DNA of 64,000 bases. It comes from an uncultured Methanosarcinales archaeon. Lineage in GTDB: Archaea; Halobacteriota; Methanosarcinia; Methanotrichales; Methanotrichaceae. Below, piece by piece: positions 22,117-33,167 of this stretch. The first letter of the stretch is position 1. Every line of letters starts with the position of its first letter. Under the pieces are notes generated by a model, which saw only the letters and a list, made by a program, of their open reading frames with translations, was not told the DNA's origin and did no database searches. The stretch is from assembly GCA_963843555.1 (NCBI GenBank), contig CAWJKV010000006.1, forward strand, positions 32,001-96,000, read 5' to 3'. Position numbers and translations under genes: made by a program.

Positions 22117-22488
22117 ATGCCAAGTATAGTTCACTTTGAAATACCTGCAGATGATATCTCGCGGGCAAAGACATTCTACTCCAACCTTTTCGGCTGGAAG
22201 ATCGAGCCCATGCAGGGAATGGGAACGGGAATGGGAATGGAATACTTGATTATCGATACTTTTGGCGCTCCCGGAGGGGGCATGATGAAGAAAATGCGCC
22301 CTGACCATCAAATCACAAACTACATCGGAGTGCCATCTGTTGACGAATACGCTGCGAAAGTCGAGAAGCTGGGCGGCAAGATCATCGCACCAAAGATGGC
22401 CGTTCCGGCTATGGGCTATTTCGTTGTCTGTATGGACACTGAGAACAATATCTTCGGCATCTGGGAGACGGATCCCAAGGCAAAGTAA
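22117..22488 (+). CDS. VOC/glyoxalase family protein
   Basis: IVHFEIPADD...AKTFYSNLFGW...DTENNIFGIWE; GAGGTGG SD. Confidence 0.9.
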   Translation: MPSIVHFEIPADDISRAKTFYSNLFGWKIEPMQGMGTGMGMEYLIIDTFGAPGGGMMKKMRPDHQITNYIGVPSVDEYAAKVEKLGGKIIAPKMAVPAMGYFVVCMDTENNIFGIWETDPKAK

Positions 22489-22720
22489 TAACTCCAGAAT
22501 GTTGGTTTAGCTTCCTCACCTATTTTTCTCCATAGGCGTAGTGCCGATAGGATCCCTTTCTGTTATAGATGGCGGGCAAAAATCCTCTTCTTGTGATTGC
22601 GTCCCAGGATTTAGCATGAAAGATGGATCGCATCGCTTGCTAGGAAGAGGCCAAAGCTGAGGGCTGGTGGCAGTTCTGGCTGCAAGGGATAACGATCTCA
22701 AAAAATAGACGAGAAATGCT

Positions 22721-22954
22721 TCATTCACCCATCCGGAACTCCTGGGGCCATTGCCCATCCTCTTCGTAGCAGGCTTCCTGGGTGCGGACATCCTCAAATC
22801 GATTCTGGATCATCTCATCCACCTCCGAAAGCCTGATTCCGAAGACCTCCGCCAGGATCGCTTTGGCTGTCTCTAACTCCATGGCCCTCAGATCAGGTAT
22901 TGGCTTCTTCTGTGGCCGCATTAGATGCTCAAGGATTCCTGCCATGATCGACAT
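22721..22954 (-). CDS. Small hypothetical protein
   Basis: 77-aa ORF with plausible composition; no recognised domain. Confidence 0.5.
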   Translation of the reverse strand: MSIMAGILEHLMRPQKKPIPDLRAMELETAKAILAEVFGIRLSEVDEMIQNRFEDVRTQEACYEEDGQWPQEFRMGE

Positions 22955-23260
22955 ATCCTACGTGTAAGGTTAAGTAGTTTTGCCGGAAAAAGATAACAGG
23001 AAAGCATTTTTACATAATAGAAAGTATGAATAAGATACAAATGAAGAAATGAAGATCCCCGGCAGCAAGGCGCGGGGATAGCACAATATGCAAGCACAAT
23101 ATGCAAGCAAAATTGAAGACATCTGTTGCCGTATCTGCCTTCACCCGTGCTCGATCTCGTCCGTCTGGGAGAGGAGCTGCGGAAGAAAGCCCTTTGGAGC
23201 ACAAATCCAGAAACAGGAAGAACAAGCTCTGCCAAATCCATCAAATGACTCCATCGCCAA

Positions 23261-23338
23261 GTATCCAAGCCCGCCCGGCGTTGAGGGCAGCCCCGTCTCG
23301 ACCGCGCGCAACACCAGCGCGCGGCACCTCACCAGAAG
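23261..23338 (-). repeat. GC-rich dispersed repeat (family B), inverted copy
   Basis: The reverse complement contains gccctcaacgccgggcgggcttggatac (one mismatch to the 35.65-kb copy) and a CCGCGCGC/GCGCGCGG hairpin. Confidence 0.7.
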
Positions 23339-23613
23339 CAACAACAAGAAAAGACGCAAGCGACACCCTGGCCGGAGTCCTTAAAAGCCTTATACCTGCC
23401 CATTCCCATGCGCGCCCGCTCAGACCTGGCAGCAGCTCTGCACCGAGCAGCACGCCGAGATCACAAGCCCCTGGGGATCTGCACAAAATGAAGCGGGCAA
23501 TTCATCGTCTATCAGGAAACTTCGGATCTGAAGATAGCAGGCTGCCTGGAATCTCGGGCGTAGAATAATGGACTAAGAGCCACAATTCTTGAAGAATCAG
23601 GCCATTCCGAAAA

Positions 23614-24480
23614 CTAAATCAGAGGCTCCGGCTGCTTCGCCTCCGGCGCCAGCGGCAGGCCCGCCCGGTGCAGGACCAGAGGGCCGGAAAAGTGCAGAGC
23701 CCTATTCAAGATCAGCCGCTTTCCCTCCTGGGTTAGAGCGAAGACGGGAATGGAGATGCCGATCTGCATCTGGGCTCTTTTTCCCACCTCCTCACGGACA
23801 GCGCGGGAGGCGCAGGACCAGACGAGGTCGCAGCTCTCCGCTAGCGCTCTGGCCTCGCTTTCACTTATGCCGGTGGTATGAACAGCCAGGATGATTGAAC
23901 GAATTCCCAGCTCAGAGTCCCGCTCTTCTGCAGCGCCGTCGGCATCATCTGCCCTGGACCCGGCGATGGTCACTGCAATCTTCTTGTAATCCCGCCGATA
24001 CTGCCATCTCAAATCCTCGAACCTGATCCATGGTCGCCCTGCCGGTCGAGCAGAGATGCAGCCCCTCTTCTCCAGCCCATTCTGTATCTCCTTTATCGGC
24101 TCAGTCTTGACAAGGCCCGTCATATGGGCTCCGATAGCCTGCAACACATCCGGCCTTGTCGCCACGACCGTTCCCGCGCCCTCGCAGACCAGCACCGCAG
24201 CATCTATCAGCCCCTCTTTCATGGCATCCGCCAGGATCTCGGAGGCGCCGAAGCTCACCGGCATTTTCTGCAGCTCCAGAACCCTTTCCGGGCCGTACAT
24301 GCCCAGCTCCTGCATGTGGCCTTCCAGTACGCGCTGCACAGTCTCGCGGCTCTCCTCCTGGATGCCGTACAGATTGCGCCTCAGCGGGCAGCAGCGAACC
24401 TGTGGCTCCGTCAGAACCTCGATCTTTCCATCCTTGACCCTGACCAGGGCCTTGGCCATCTCCAGCAGATGCTCGGACAT
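23614..24480 (-). CDS. Methanogenesis marker 8 protein (DUF2099); internal compensating frameshifts
   Basis: MSEHLLEM..ALVRVKDGKI..CPL...FGASE...VCEGAGTV...AVHTTG...CASRAVRE; the segment near 23.95-24.06 kb reads out of frame. Confidence 0.82.
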   Translation of the reverse strand: MSEHLLEMAKALVRVKDGKIEVLTEPQVRCCPLRRNLYGIQEESRETVQRVLEGHMQELGMYGPERVLELQKMPVSFGASEILADAMKEGLIDAAVLVCEGAGTVVATRPDVLQAIGAHMTGLVKTEPIKEIQNGLEKRGCISARPAGRPWIRFEDLRWQYRRDYKKIAVTIAGSRADDADGAAEERDSELGIRSIILAVHTTGISESEARALAESCDLVWSCASRAVREEVGKRAQMQIGISIPVFALTQEGKRLILNRALHFSGPLVLHRAGLPLAPEAKQPEPLI

Positions 24481-24502
24481 TTGGACCATTCCAGAGATAA
24501 TT

Positions 24503-24661
24503 TTACCTGGCAATCTTGGTATTCGTTGATTTGCAGCGAGGGCACTCTACCCTGTAACCAAAGCCCTTGAAGAGCAGACTACAGTCCAGGCACCTGTAAT
24601 TCTTGGCAAAGACTTCTTCCGTGCTTCCCAGATCCACTCCACAGCCGCAAGTGGCACACAT
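24503..24661 (-). CDS. Small Cys-rich zinc-ribbon protein (52 aa, absent from the ORF track)
   Basis: MCATCGCGVDLGSTEEVFAKNYRCLDCSLLFKGFGYRVECPRCKSTNTKIAR*. Confidence 0.75.
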   Translation of the reverse strand: MCATCGCGVDLGSTEEVFAKNYRCLDCSLLFKGFGYRVECPRCKSTNTKIAR

Positions 24662-24722
24662 AAAAAAAGAGATGGCCTTTTGATGGTAAATAATTAATCT
24701 AGAAAAAGAGATGGGCCAGAAT

Positions 24723-26009
24723 TCACACCCTCGGCTCCAGCCTTCTTCTCACCGATTCCGCATGCGCCATCAACCCTTCCGCCTCCGCCAGAGTGGTTAT
24801 GGTATCCTCCAGGCCCAGCAGTCCGTCATCAGTGATCATCTGCACAGTGATCTTCTTGGTGAAGTGGTCCACATTCAGTCCCGAGAACACCCGGGCATGG
24901 CCGGAGGTGGGAAGCACGTGATTCGTGCCGCTGGCATAGTCGCCTGCGGCTACAGGCGTATACTTTCCCAGGAACACGCTGCCAGCATGGCGGATGGATC
25001 TCAACACTCCCATAGGATCTTTGGTGATGATCTCCAGATGCTCCGGGGCAAAGGCATTGGAGAAGTCCACAGCCTCATCGATGTCGTTGGCCAGGAGAAC
25101 GGCACTGTGATCCAGGCTCTGCTCTACGATCTCGCTGCGAGCCGCGCCCGGGGCCTGAATCTGCAACTCCTCGGCTACGGCGCTCGCCAGGAGATCATCC
25201 AGGGATACGAGGACGGAAATGGATTTGGGATCATGCTCTCCCTGGGCGATCATATCTGCAGCTATGACTCCCGGGTCTGCCGTCCGGTCGGCTATGATCA
25301 GAACTTCGCTCGGGCCCGCCGGAAAGTCGATCTCCACAGTGCCCCTCATAAGCATCTTGGCCGCTGTAACGTAAATATTGCCCGGCCCCACGATCTTATC
25401 GACTCGCTCTATCGTTTCTGTGCCGAAGGCCATGGCCGCAATGGCCTGAGCGCCGCCGAGCTTATAGATCTCATCGGCACCGGCCATATCTGCGGCGACG
25501 AGGGTTAATGGTGTTATCGACCCGTCCTTTCCAGGGGGTGTGCATACCACAATCCGTGGAACATCCGCCACCTTGGCAGGTATCACACTCATCAATGCGG
25601 AGCTGGGATACGCAGCCCTGCCGCCCGGCACATAGGCACCCACGGAATCTAAGGGCACTACCTTCTGGCCTACAGAAACCCCTGGAGAGACCTCGTTCAT
25701 CCAGAACTCGTGCTCTTTTTGTTCGCTATGGAAATGAAAGATGTTATCCGCCGCCTCGGCCAGAGCTTCGAGAAGCCTTTCTTCCACCAGATCGTAAGAC
25801 GCATCAATCTCTTCCTGGCTCACACGCAGGTCATCAATCTGTGCCCCTTCGAACAACTCAATATATTTGAAGAGCGCCTCATCTCCTTTCGATCCGACAT
25901 CCATAATAATATCATTTACTGCGGAAAGGACATCCTGCAATCCCGCATCTCGGGAGAGAAGGGCCCGCAGATCCTCGTCTTTCAGCTCTTCCAGCCGTTT
26001 GATTATCAC
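24723..26009 (-). CDS. hisD: Histidinol dehydrogenase
   Basis: [49 protein letters not shown] start after GGAGGT. Confidence 0.96.
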   Translation of the reverse strand: MIIKRLEELKDEDLRALLSRDAGLQDVLSAVNDIIMDVGSKGDEALFKYIELFEGAQIDDLRVSQEEIDASYDLVEERLLEALAEAADNIFHFHSEQKEHEFWMNEVSPGVSVGQKVVPLDSVGAYVPGGRAAYPSSALMSVIPAKVADVPRIVVCTPPGKDGSITPLTLVAADMAGADEIYKLGGAQAIAAMAFGTETIERVDKIVGPGNIYVTAAKMLMRGTVEIDFPAGPSEVLIIADRTADPGVIAADMIAQGEHDPKSISVLVSLDDLLASAVAEELQIQAPGAARSEIVEQSLDHSAVLLANDIDEAVDFSNAFAPEHLEIITKDPMGVLRSIRHAGSVFLGKYTPVAAGDYASGTNHVLPTSGHARVFSGLNVDHFTKKITVQMITDDGLLGLEDTITTLAEAEGLMAHAESVRRRLEPRV

Positions 26010-26088
26010 TTTTAAGACCTCCAATTGCCAAATATTATCAAAAGTTATTTTGCACAATGGAAAATATCGAACAATCTCGATCAATTGA

Positions 26089-27759
26089 TCAGGCAGAATT
26101 GCTCCTTCCCCGCTGCACCCGGTAAAGGGAGACAACCCTCTCCTGAGTATCTGCCTCCTCCAGAGACTTGTCATCCCTCACAGCGACCAGCCTAGGAAAC
26201 CGCAATGCGTATCCTGAAGAGTAGCTCTGACTCTTTTGTATCTCCTCGTAGGCCACCTCGAAGATCACAGCCGGCTTCAGCTCCACTTCCATGCCCTTCT
26301 GCACCAGGATCAGTTCCCGGAACATCTCTGTCAGGTCCGCCAGGGCTTCGTCTGTCAGTCCTGTGGCCACCCAGCCTATGTCCAGCAGCTTACCAGTGGC
26401 CTGATCCAGGCATCCCAGGCGGTAGGACCCCAAAAAGCTGGCCCTGCGGCCTTCGCCCCATTTTGCGCCTATTACCACCAGGTCTAAAGTCTCCATAACC
26501 GGCTTGATCTTCAGCCAGTTCTTACCCCTCTTTCCCGGAGCATAAACAGAAGTTGGATTCTTGAGAATCAGCCCCTCATGGCCCGCATCCAGAGCCTGGC
26601 GGTAGATCTTTTCTGCCAACTCCGGGCTGTCGGACAGGATTTGACCCGCCATGATTGAGGGATCGGCGATCTTTTCCAGAAGCGTTCTTCGTTCGGTCAG
26701 GGGCAGATCCACCACACTCTTGCCATCCAAATAGATCAGATCGAATAAGAAAAGGTGGAGAGGAACCTGGAGAGCGAGCTTTTCCACATTGTACTTCCGG
26801 CGAAACCGCTTCAAAATCTCCTGGAAGGCCATGGGTCGGCCGTCTTTGCCGATGGCCACGACTTCACCATCCAGTATGACGCTATCCGCCCTAACTCGTT
26901 TTGCAGTCTGCACGATCTCCGGCAGAGAGTCTGTAACATCCTCCAGGCGGCGGGAGAAGATGCGCACCTTCTCCTTATCTTTATGGATCTGCACACGGGC
27001 GCCGTCGTACTTCCATTCGATGGCGGCAAGGCCCAGCTCCTGCAGAGCACCCTGAATTCCCTCACCAAGCTGGGCCAGCATCACCTTGATGGGATGATTG
27101 ATCATCACACTCAAGTCCGAGAGCGTGCCGCGCTTGCCACTGACCGCCACCAGACCCATATCGTTGGTGAGGTTGAAGGCCTTCTCTACATCGGCTGAGT
27201 TTCTGGCAAAGGCCCTGGCAATAGCATCTCGCACGCCCCCAACACCTATGCCGATCCTCATATCCTCTATGGCCAGACGGGCGATGTACTGTGCCTCCAA
27301 CGAATTGGCCTGGCTGAAGAGGAACTGCAGGTTCTTGACTTTGGCACCCTGGCTTCTCTTGCCGGACGCCCTGGCAACCGCCAGTAACCTCTGATAGACG
27401 TCCTTAATGGATAGTGATTCCTCTTCCACGAAGGCGGCAAAACCGATCGGCTTTCTCTTCTCCACGGCAGCAGCCGCGACAAGACCGGGATCGCCCGTGG
27501 CCCGCAGCATATCCGAGATCTGCTCGATCGAGCAGCCGCAGGCGCGGGCCAGTGCTTCATAAAGGATGCTGGGCCCAACTCCAATAACCAGATCAAGGCT
27601 GGGGGAGAAGAGGGTGCCCATGATGAAGCGGGAAGCGATTGCGAGCTCATCCTCATCAAGGTCCCTCAGGAATGCCGCGACTTGGTCGATCTTCTCCAGG
27701 GAGCCAGACACCCCCTCAACCTTCTGGCAGAGCTCTGCAAATCGTTGGAAGCTGGTCAT
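26089..27759 (-). CDS. lig: ATP-dependent DNA ligase
   Basis: EWKYDGARVQIH, EGLILK, WLKIK and LRFPR motifs. Confidence 0.96.
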   Translation of the reverse strand: MTSFQRFAELCQKVEGVSGSLEKIDQVAAFLRDLDEDELAIASRFIMGTLFSPSLDLVIGVGPSILYEALARACGCSIEQISDMLRATGDPGLVAAAAVEKRKPIGFAAFVEEESLSIKDVYQRLLAVARASGKRSQGAKVKNLQFLFSQANSLEAQYIARLAIEDMRIGIGVGGVRDAIARAFARNSADVEKAFNLTNDMGLVAVSGKRGTLSDLSVMINHPIKVMLAQLGEGIQGALQELGLAAIEWKYDGARVQIHKDKEKVRIFSRRLEDVTDSLPEIVQTAKRVRADSVILDGEVVAIGKDGRPMAFQEILKRFRRKYNVEKLALQVPLHLFLFDLIYLDGKSVVDLPLTERRTLLEKIADPSIMAGQILSDSPELAEKIYRQALDAGHEGLILKNPTSVYAPGKRGKNWLKIKPVMETLDLVVIGAKWGEGRRASFLGSYRLGCLDQATGKLLDIGWVATGLTDEALADLTEMFRELILVQKGMEVELKPAVIFEVAYEEIQKSQSYSSGYALRFPRLVAVRDDKSLEEADTQERVVSLYRVQRGRSNSA

Positions 27760-27768
27760 GCTCTTGAT

Positions 27769-28776
27769 CTAGAATATAGTATCGATGCGCTTTGTCCTGT
27801 AGATGCTTACGATGTCGGTGAGAATGGCCGAAGCCGTCTCGATGGAGCCTGCGCCAAGACCCGATACGGTGATAGTTCCCGACAGATCAGTGTAGATGGC
27901 CGCCGAGTTCAGAGTCCCTGCCACGCAAATGGGGCTGTCCAGCGGCACCAGAGTGGGCCGGACGGTCAGCGCGGGCACGTCTCCTATGAGCTTTATGGCA
28001 TAGCCCCTTTTCTTGGCCAGGGCCAGGGCCTCGGGAGTGACGCCGGTGATCCCAGTGACGTCCACATCACTGTATTTGATGTTCATATCGAAGAGCGAAT
28101 TGGCCAGGATGACGACCTTTCCCGCGGTATCCACGCCCTCCACGTCGTAGCTGGGATCGGCCTCCGCAATACCCAGATCCTGGGCCTCGCTCAGGGCATG
28201 AGTGTAGGGTATTCCCTCCTCTGTCATCCGGGTGAGGATATAGTTGCAGGTGCCGTTGAAGATGCCGCGAATCCCCAGAATGGTGTTGCCCACCAGAGTG
28301 CGTTCCACCAGGCTGATGAGGGGCATGGTGCCGCCTACGGTGGCCTCAAACTTCAGCATGACACCGTTGTCCTCGGCCAGTTTTTTGAGGCTACCGTAGG
28401 AGACAACCAGAGGCCCTTTGTTTGAGGTCACGACATGTTTGCCGCTGGAGAGAGCTGTCTCCATGTGACCCAGGCCGGGTTGACCGTGCACTATGTTTGT
28501 CGGCGTAACCTCTATCATAAGGTCTGAGTCTATGGCGGAAATGGCCTCTTTGCCCTTCATGCCGGAGGTGGCAACGTTTGCCAGGGTCCTTTCGCCCAAG
28601 ATCTTATCCGCGTCTACTCCACCTTCAGAGACCACAGTGCCTGTGTGATCTGTGACGCTAATCAGCAACAGGTTCAATCCCATATCCCGGAGCATCTTCT
28701 TCTTGCGGTTCAGGACATCGACCACACCATGGCCGACTATGCCGTAACCCACCAGGGAAACCTTAACATCTCTCAT
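27769..28776 (-). CDS. hom: Homoserine dehydrogenase
   Basis: GYGIVG, VVTSNKGP, FEATVGG, GIFNGTCNYIL and AEADPSYDVEG. Confidence 0.95.
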   Translation of the reverse strand: MRDVKVSLVGYGIVGHGVVDVLNRKKKMLRDMGLNLLLISVTDHTGTVVSEGGVDADKILGERTLANVATSGMKGKEAISAIDSDLMIEVTPTNIVHGQPGLGHMETALSSGKHVVTSNKGPLVVSYGSLKKLAEDNGVMLKFEATVGGTMPLISLVERTLVGNTILGIRGIFNGTCNYILTRMTEEGIPYTHALSEAQDLGIAEADPSYDVEGVDTAGKVVILANSLFDMNIKYSDVDVTGITGVTPEALALAKKRGYAIKLIGDVPALTVRPTLVPLDSPICVAGTLNSAAIYTDLSGTITVSGLGAGSIETASAILTDIVSIYRTKRIDTIF

Positions 28777-29291
28777 ACTGCCTCAGTCTCGATCGGCTCA
28801 ATCACAAGCAGCTTCTTCTCTTTTCCTACGTTGCGCAAGATTGTCAAGGCCTTCTGGATCTCTGCCTTGCCGGTGGCGCGAATCTTGAGGTAGGCGGAGG
28901 AAGGCTCACTAACTCCCGGCATGGTCAGGGAAAGGTCCATGACCTCGGCAAAGCCGGTGGTGTCGATCCGGTTTATAGTGTCTCCCAGGTCACTGTCCAG
29001 CACATGGCCCACCAGCACGACAGATACTGCCTCGATGAAGCGGTCCTCGCCCGCCCGCACCACTGAGATGCCGCTCTCCTTGAGCTGCGCCTGGACGGCC
29101 TCGATCTTGGAGCGGTCCATCTCCACAACGAAGCGAACCGGGATCATACCCCGGGGAGTCTTGCGGTCCCTGTGGTGGACCACGCTGATGATGTTGACCT
29201 TATTATCCCTCAAGGGCTGCATCGCCAGTAGGAGCTGGCCGGGAATATCCTGCAGCTCTAAATCCATGGAAAGTCGCATAGCATTCCTCAT
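28773..29291 (-). CDS. ACT-domain protein paired with homoserine dehydrogenase
   Basis: LELQDIPGQLL...NIISVVH; overlaps the hom start. Confidence 0.85.
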   Translation of the reverse strand: MRNAMRLSMDLELQDIPGQLLLAMQPLRDNKVNIISVVHHRDRKTPRGMIPVRFVVEMDRSKIEAVQAQLKESGISVVRAGEDRFIEAVSVVLVGHVLDSDLGDTINRIDTTGFAEVMDLSLTMPGVSEPSSAYLKIRATGKAEIQKALTILRNVGKEKKLLVIEPIETEAV

Positions 29292-30168
29292 AATTTGCTG
29301 ATTTCTCTGGTCTGGTTAAAGGAAATAAACCTTGTGTAGACAGGATCTCTGTGGTCAAGGATTTGCCCGGTCAAATGGATGACGAATCGAGCTTGTTGGC
29401 GCGAGAATAATAGCGGCTTTCTTGTGTCAGAAGATACTTAAAAAATAGCAGCAGATGACGAAATTTGGGATTTGGTTTGTCGGATCAAAACAGCCGCTTG
29501 ACGCTCACCGGTTACATTACCGTCGGAGGCCGGTCTTGCGCGGATCCATTAACATACTCCTACATAATTAACATTAAATACCAGTTCTGCGCGGCGGATG
29601 ACGGGGCCCAAAGCCCAGGAGCCCCCTCTGGACCAGGGGAACGCTCTAAACTTCCCGGGCTAATCATGAACGTTCTGCTTCCATGAGATTGTCAAAGGAT
29701 ATTGATGCCCCGAGATACTTAGAAGGGAGCTAGAAACAAAAGAGCGATACATCTCCTCTGACGGTTCTCAAGAGACGGGGCCTTTCACTTCACATCTGTT
29801 TATCACAATCGTCTATATCCATCATAAAATCTAAAGTGACCTTCGCAGTCAGGGAGACAATTCCCTCCAGTTTTCCCGAATCTGTCCGCAACAAGACGGG
29901 CCTGTGATAAGAGGCATGAGCTGAATTGAGGTGCCGATGTTGTTTGGATACCCATGACTTCGCCAGGAACAAGCCAATCAAACATTACCAGGAGTTTGCA
30001 CCGTTTGGCTGGCCGGGCCGACGACCTCCATCCGTCAGTGATGATGGAATAGAGCTTGAGTGAGAACAGGTCGTATTTCGATTGAGCCTGAAAAAGCAAG
30101 TGAAGCAGAAAAATAATCCCGCAGCAAACTAAAAAACTTAAAGAGAAAGGACCGGGAGACTCCAAGTC

Positions 30169-30813
30169 CTACCTCGTCCAGACCGATCCCGCAAAGCCTC
30201 CTGTCTTGGATGTGGCGACAATCCTGTTGTTGGACTGGATTTGGAGCGTCAAAAGGCCATACTGCATGATGCTGCCTTTGGGGACATCAGTCCAATCCGC
30301 ATTTATGGTACTGCCACTGATAGTGCCACGCATTACATTGGACCAGTCTGGAGCGTTGGGATCGTGCTCGCCATACCACCAGATAGTTGTTCCAAACTGG
30401 CGAATATAGTACATGCCGCCGTCATCGCAATTCCAGACGCCGGTCAAGTCTACCGAAGCGACGCCCGTGGAACCTTTAACGCCGGAGTCGCAGCAGTCGT
30501 TCGGAGTGGCAGCGGGAATTCCGTTCTTTAACCAGCACCTGGCGTTTGGTCCCTGCACGCCGGGCTTGACATAAGTGAAGGCCCGGCAATTAGGGTCGCT
30601 ATTGCAGGCCTGTTCGCAGAGGCTCGGGTTGGCGCTGCCGAGGTCAAAACTGTTGTAGTCCATCCCAGTACGATCGGTATTCGTTTCAAGAGCAAAGGAC
30701 TCAACAAGAGCAATCGAGACAAAAAAAATAACCGCGATCGCTGACAAGGATACTATCTCTTTCTTCGATCTGTTGAGGATCATTCTGCAAATCCCTCCAT
30801 GGTATGTTAACAC
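30169..30813 (-). CDS. Secreted PAN/apple-domain protein
   Basis: Signal peptide; NTDRTGMDY...CEQACNSDPNCRAFTY...CWLK...CCDSG. Confidence 0.78.
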   Translation of the reverse strand: MLTYHGGICRMILNRSKKEIVSLSAIAVIFFVSIALVESFALETNTDRTGMDYNSFDLGSANPSLCEQACNSDPNCRAFTYVKPGVQGPNARCWLKNGIPAATPNDCCDSGVKGSTGVASVDLTGVWNCDDGGMYYIRQFGTTIWWYGEHDPNAPDWSNVMRGTISGSTINADWTDVPKGSIMQYGLLTLQIQSNNRIVATSKTGGFAGSVWTR

Positions 30814-30974
30814 TCTTTTTCTGGGCCCGGTTAGTACTTTAAATTAATTGTTTTTTGAAGAAGTTATAATTCATAAAAGCCTTGTTTGAACTGTTGATCA
30901 AAGAGGATTCCTATTTGGTCATACCACAAGTTCAGATGCTTGCAGGGACAACGATCGCACTTTCTTCCGGGGTT

Positions 30975-31040
30975 CCGCGAGTCGGCCTGCGGGCCTCCCG
31001 CGCTATGGTTGGGGCGCCGCTCCAGGCCGCGGCCGGCCGA
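30975..31040 (+). repeat. GC-rich dispersed repeat (family B)
   Basis: 30975-31009 is identical (35 nt) to 35610-35644, and similarity continues beyond. Confidence 0.8.
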
Positions 31041-31180
31041 GCGACGGCGGTTAAGCTGCAGACTGAGGTACGAGATGCCTGGATGGCATATGCCTCCGAC
31101 GCTGCCGCAGCCCTGACAATTGGGTGGATGCCAATGGACTGCCTCTGCCGCCCAACGAACTAAAAATAGCTTTTTATGGA

Positions 31181-31460
31181 CTCGCCCATGCCGCGCGGTG
31201 GCTCATGCTCATGAGCAGGGGAATGCCATAGAGGATGTCCAGTGATGCCAGAGCGTTGATGCTGTTACCGAGGCCCGAGTTCTGCATGAGCAGGGCAGGC
31301 CTTCAGCCCCACTCATCCAGGCTCCGGCGCACAGGCCCATGCCCACCTCCTCGCGCGTAACGGGTGGACGATATCTGGGTCTTTGCCCACGATGTCCAGC
31401 AGCTCCTGCAGGTTGACGCAGGGGACAGATGTCACGAGGTCTATCTTGGCGCGCTTCGGG
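31181..31460 (-). pseudogene. comD: Remnant of sulfopyruvate decarboxylase alpha subunit (ComD-like)
   Basis: Across frames: [67 protein letters not shown]; lacks a start and the C-terminus. Confidence 0.72.
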
Positions 31461-31684
31461 CGCGATAGATGGCGAGACAGTGATCCATTTTTATTCTTTT
31501 CTACCCAGCCTGGTCGAAAAACCTTCTGCAGGCAATTGGCATGATTGGATTCTATAGAGGTCTTCAGAACCGTGTGGTGTTTCATTCCTGTCGGCATATT
31601 CTATTACTTAACAAGAAACTTTAAATCCTAAAAATAACGCAGTACTAAAAATAGGTATATAGAAAGATATTTAGGATGATATGA

Positions 31685-32543
31685 ATGGCTTTCGTCTTGA
31701 TTAAGGGGACCTTTCACGTGAAGGGCTACAGCCCGGACGGCGACTCGATCCGTTTTCTGGCAAAGAATTCTGATAACTGGAAAAAGCTCTCCGGCCCGGC
31801 GGTGGAGCTGAATGCCCGGGGACACGCCCAGCTGCGCATAGAGGCGGTGGATGCCCTGGAGACCCACTACCAGGGATATCATCAGCCGCTCAAGCTGGCC
31901 AAGGCGGCGGGCCGCTATCTTCTCTCATATCTTGGGATTCAAGAGGTGGTCTGGGATGAGTCCCAGACGAGAGTGATCAAGGCAGAGGACGGGACTGAAG
32001 GGTACATCCTGGCCCGCAGCACAGAAGCGAACCGCCGTCCTGTAGCTTTTGTATTTGCTGGCGGGATCGAAGAGAGAGACGGCTCTCTGATCAATCTGGA
32101 CGAATCAATCTTGAAGAAGAGCCTCAACTGTGGCCTCATAGCCCGGGGCTTGGCCTATCCAACCTACTATAACGGCCTCTTCTCTGATCTGCGCATTCCC
32201 ATGACCAAGGCTATGGCCCACGCCAGGGCAGAGGGAAAGGGTATCTGGCCTTATGATGTGACCACAAAAGGCTTCTCCGTTCCCGACTTAAAGCCGATCA
32301 CAGAAGAGACAGTCATCCTTCCCAAGCTCTTCCGCCGCCTGGTGGACTACATGGGAGATGGAGGGATGATGAATGGCTTCAGGGACCATCTCCTGGCAAG
32401 ATGCGAGCCTCTGGTCAGAGTAGCAGCAGGTCCATTTCACAAGGCTGGATGCCGTGGTGGAGGTCAAAGGAGATAAGGTAAGAATGACTGAGTCGCCGGA
32501 GAACCTGATATTTCTGGACAAGGTTCTCTGCAAGAAGAGCTGA
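31685..32543 (+). CDS. Thermonuclease (SNase)-like nuclease; frameshift near the 3' end
   Basis: PDGDSIRF, LRIEAVDALETHY, GLAYPTYY, ARAEGKGIW. Confidence 0.7.
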
Positions 32544-32634
32544 GGGGCGAGCGGGCGGGATATATCCCTGGTTGGCTGGGAGAGATCCGAAGCCCGGTCA
32601 ATCTATTTATCCCAATAACAACATACAATATTCC

Positions 32635-33051
32635 ATGCCCATCCTTCGAGAAGATAAGGACCTGAAAAGCGCCTTTCAGAATTGCCGCACCATCTGCGTC
32701 GTCGGCATCTCGCCCGACCCCTACAAACCCAGCTACTTTGTATCCGATGTGCTGCAGAGCCGCGGCTTCAAGCTCTATTTCGTAAACCCCAATTATGCTG
32801 GCAGGACCATTCTGGGTGAGAAGGTCTATGCCTCCATCCAGGATGTCCCGGATGAGATCGACATTCTGGATGTTTTCCGCAGACCTTCGGCTGTGCCGGC
32901 TCTCGCCGAGGAGGCCAAGAAGAAAGGCTTCAAGGTCTTCTGGATGCAGCCCGGAGCAGAGAGCCCGGAGGCCATAAAGAAGCTGGATAAAGAAGGATAC
33001 AGCGTGGTCGCGGGAAGGTGCGCCAAGATAGAATCCAGTAGGCTTTTATAA
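32635..33051 (+). CDS. CoA-binding protein (YccU-like)
   Basis: TICVVGISPDPYKPS, VNP, DILDVFR and WMQPG. Confidence 0.9.
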   Translation: MPILREDKDLKSAFQNCRTICVVGISPDPYKPSYFVSDVLQSRGFKLYFVNPNYAGRTILGEKVYASIQDVPDEIDILDVFRRPSAVPALAEEAKKKGFKVFWMQPGAESPEAIKKLDKEGYSVVAGRCAKIESSRLL

Positions 33052-33167
33052 AACCATTCTGACAAGATATGGGTGCCAAAATCACCTTCAAGAGAGCATC
33101 AAAAGATATTTAAGACTCAAACATCCTCAGCAAAAGCTAAATAGCCAGGCCGGCAGTACCCTAATCG

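Noticed and set aside
29300..30165. Long intergenic region upstream of the ACT-hom operon as a riboswitch or leader peptide
   Set aside because: No recognisable aptamer, and the short ORFs are not enriched in Thr, Met or Ile codons.
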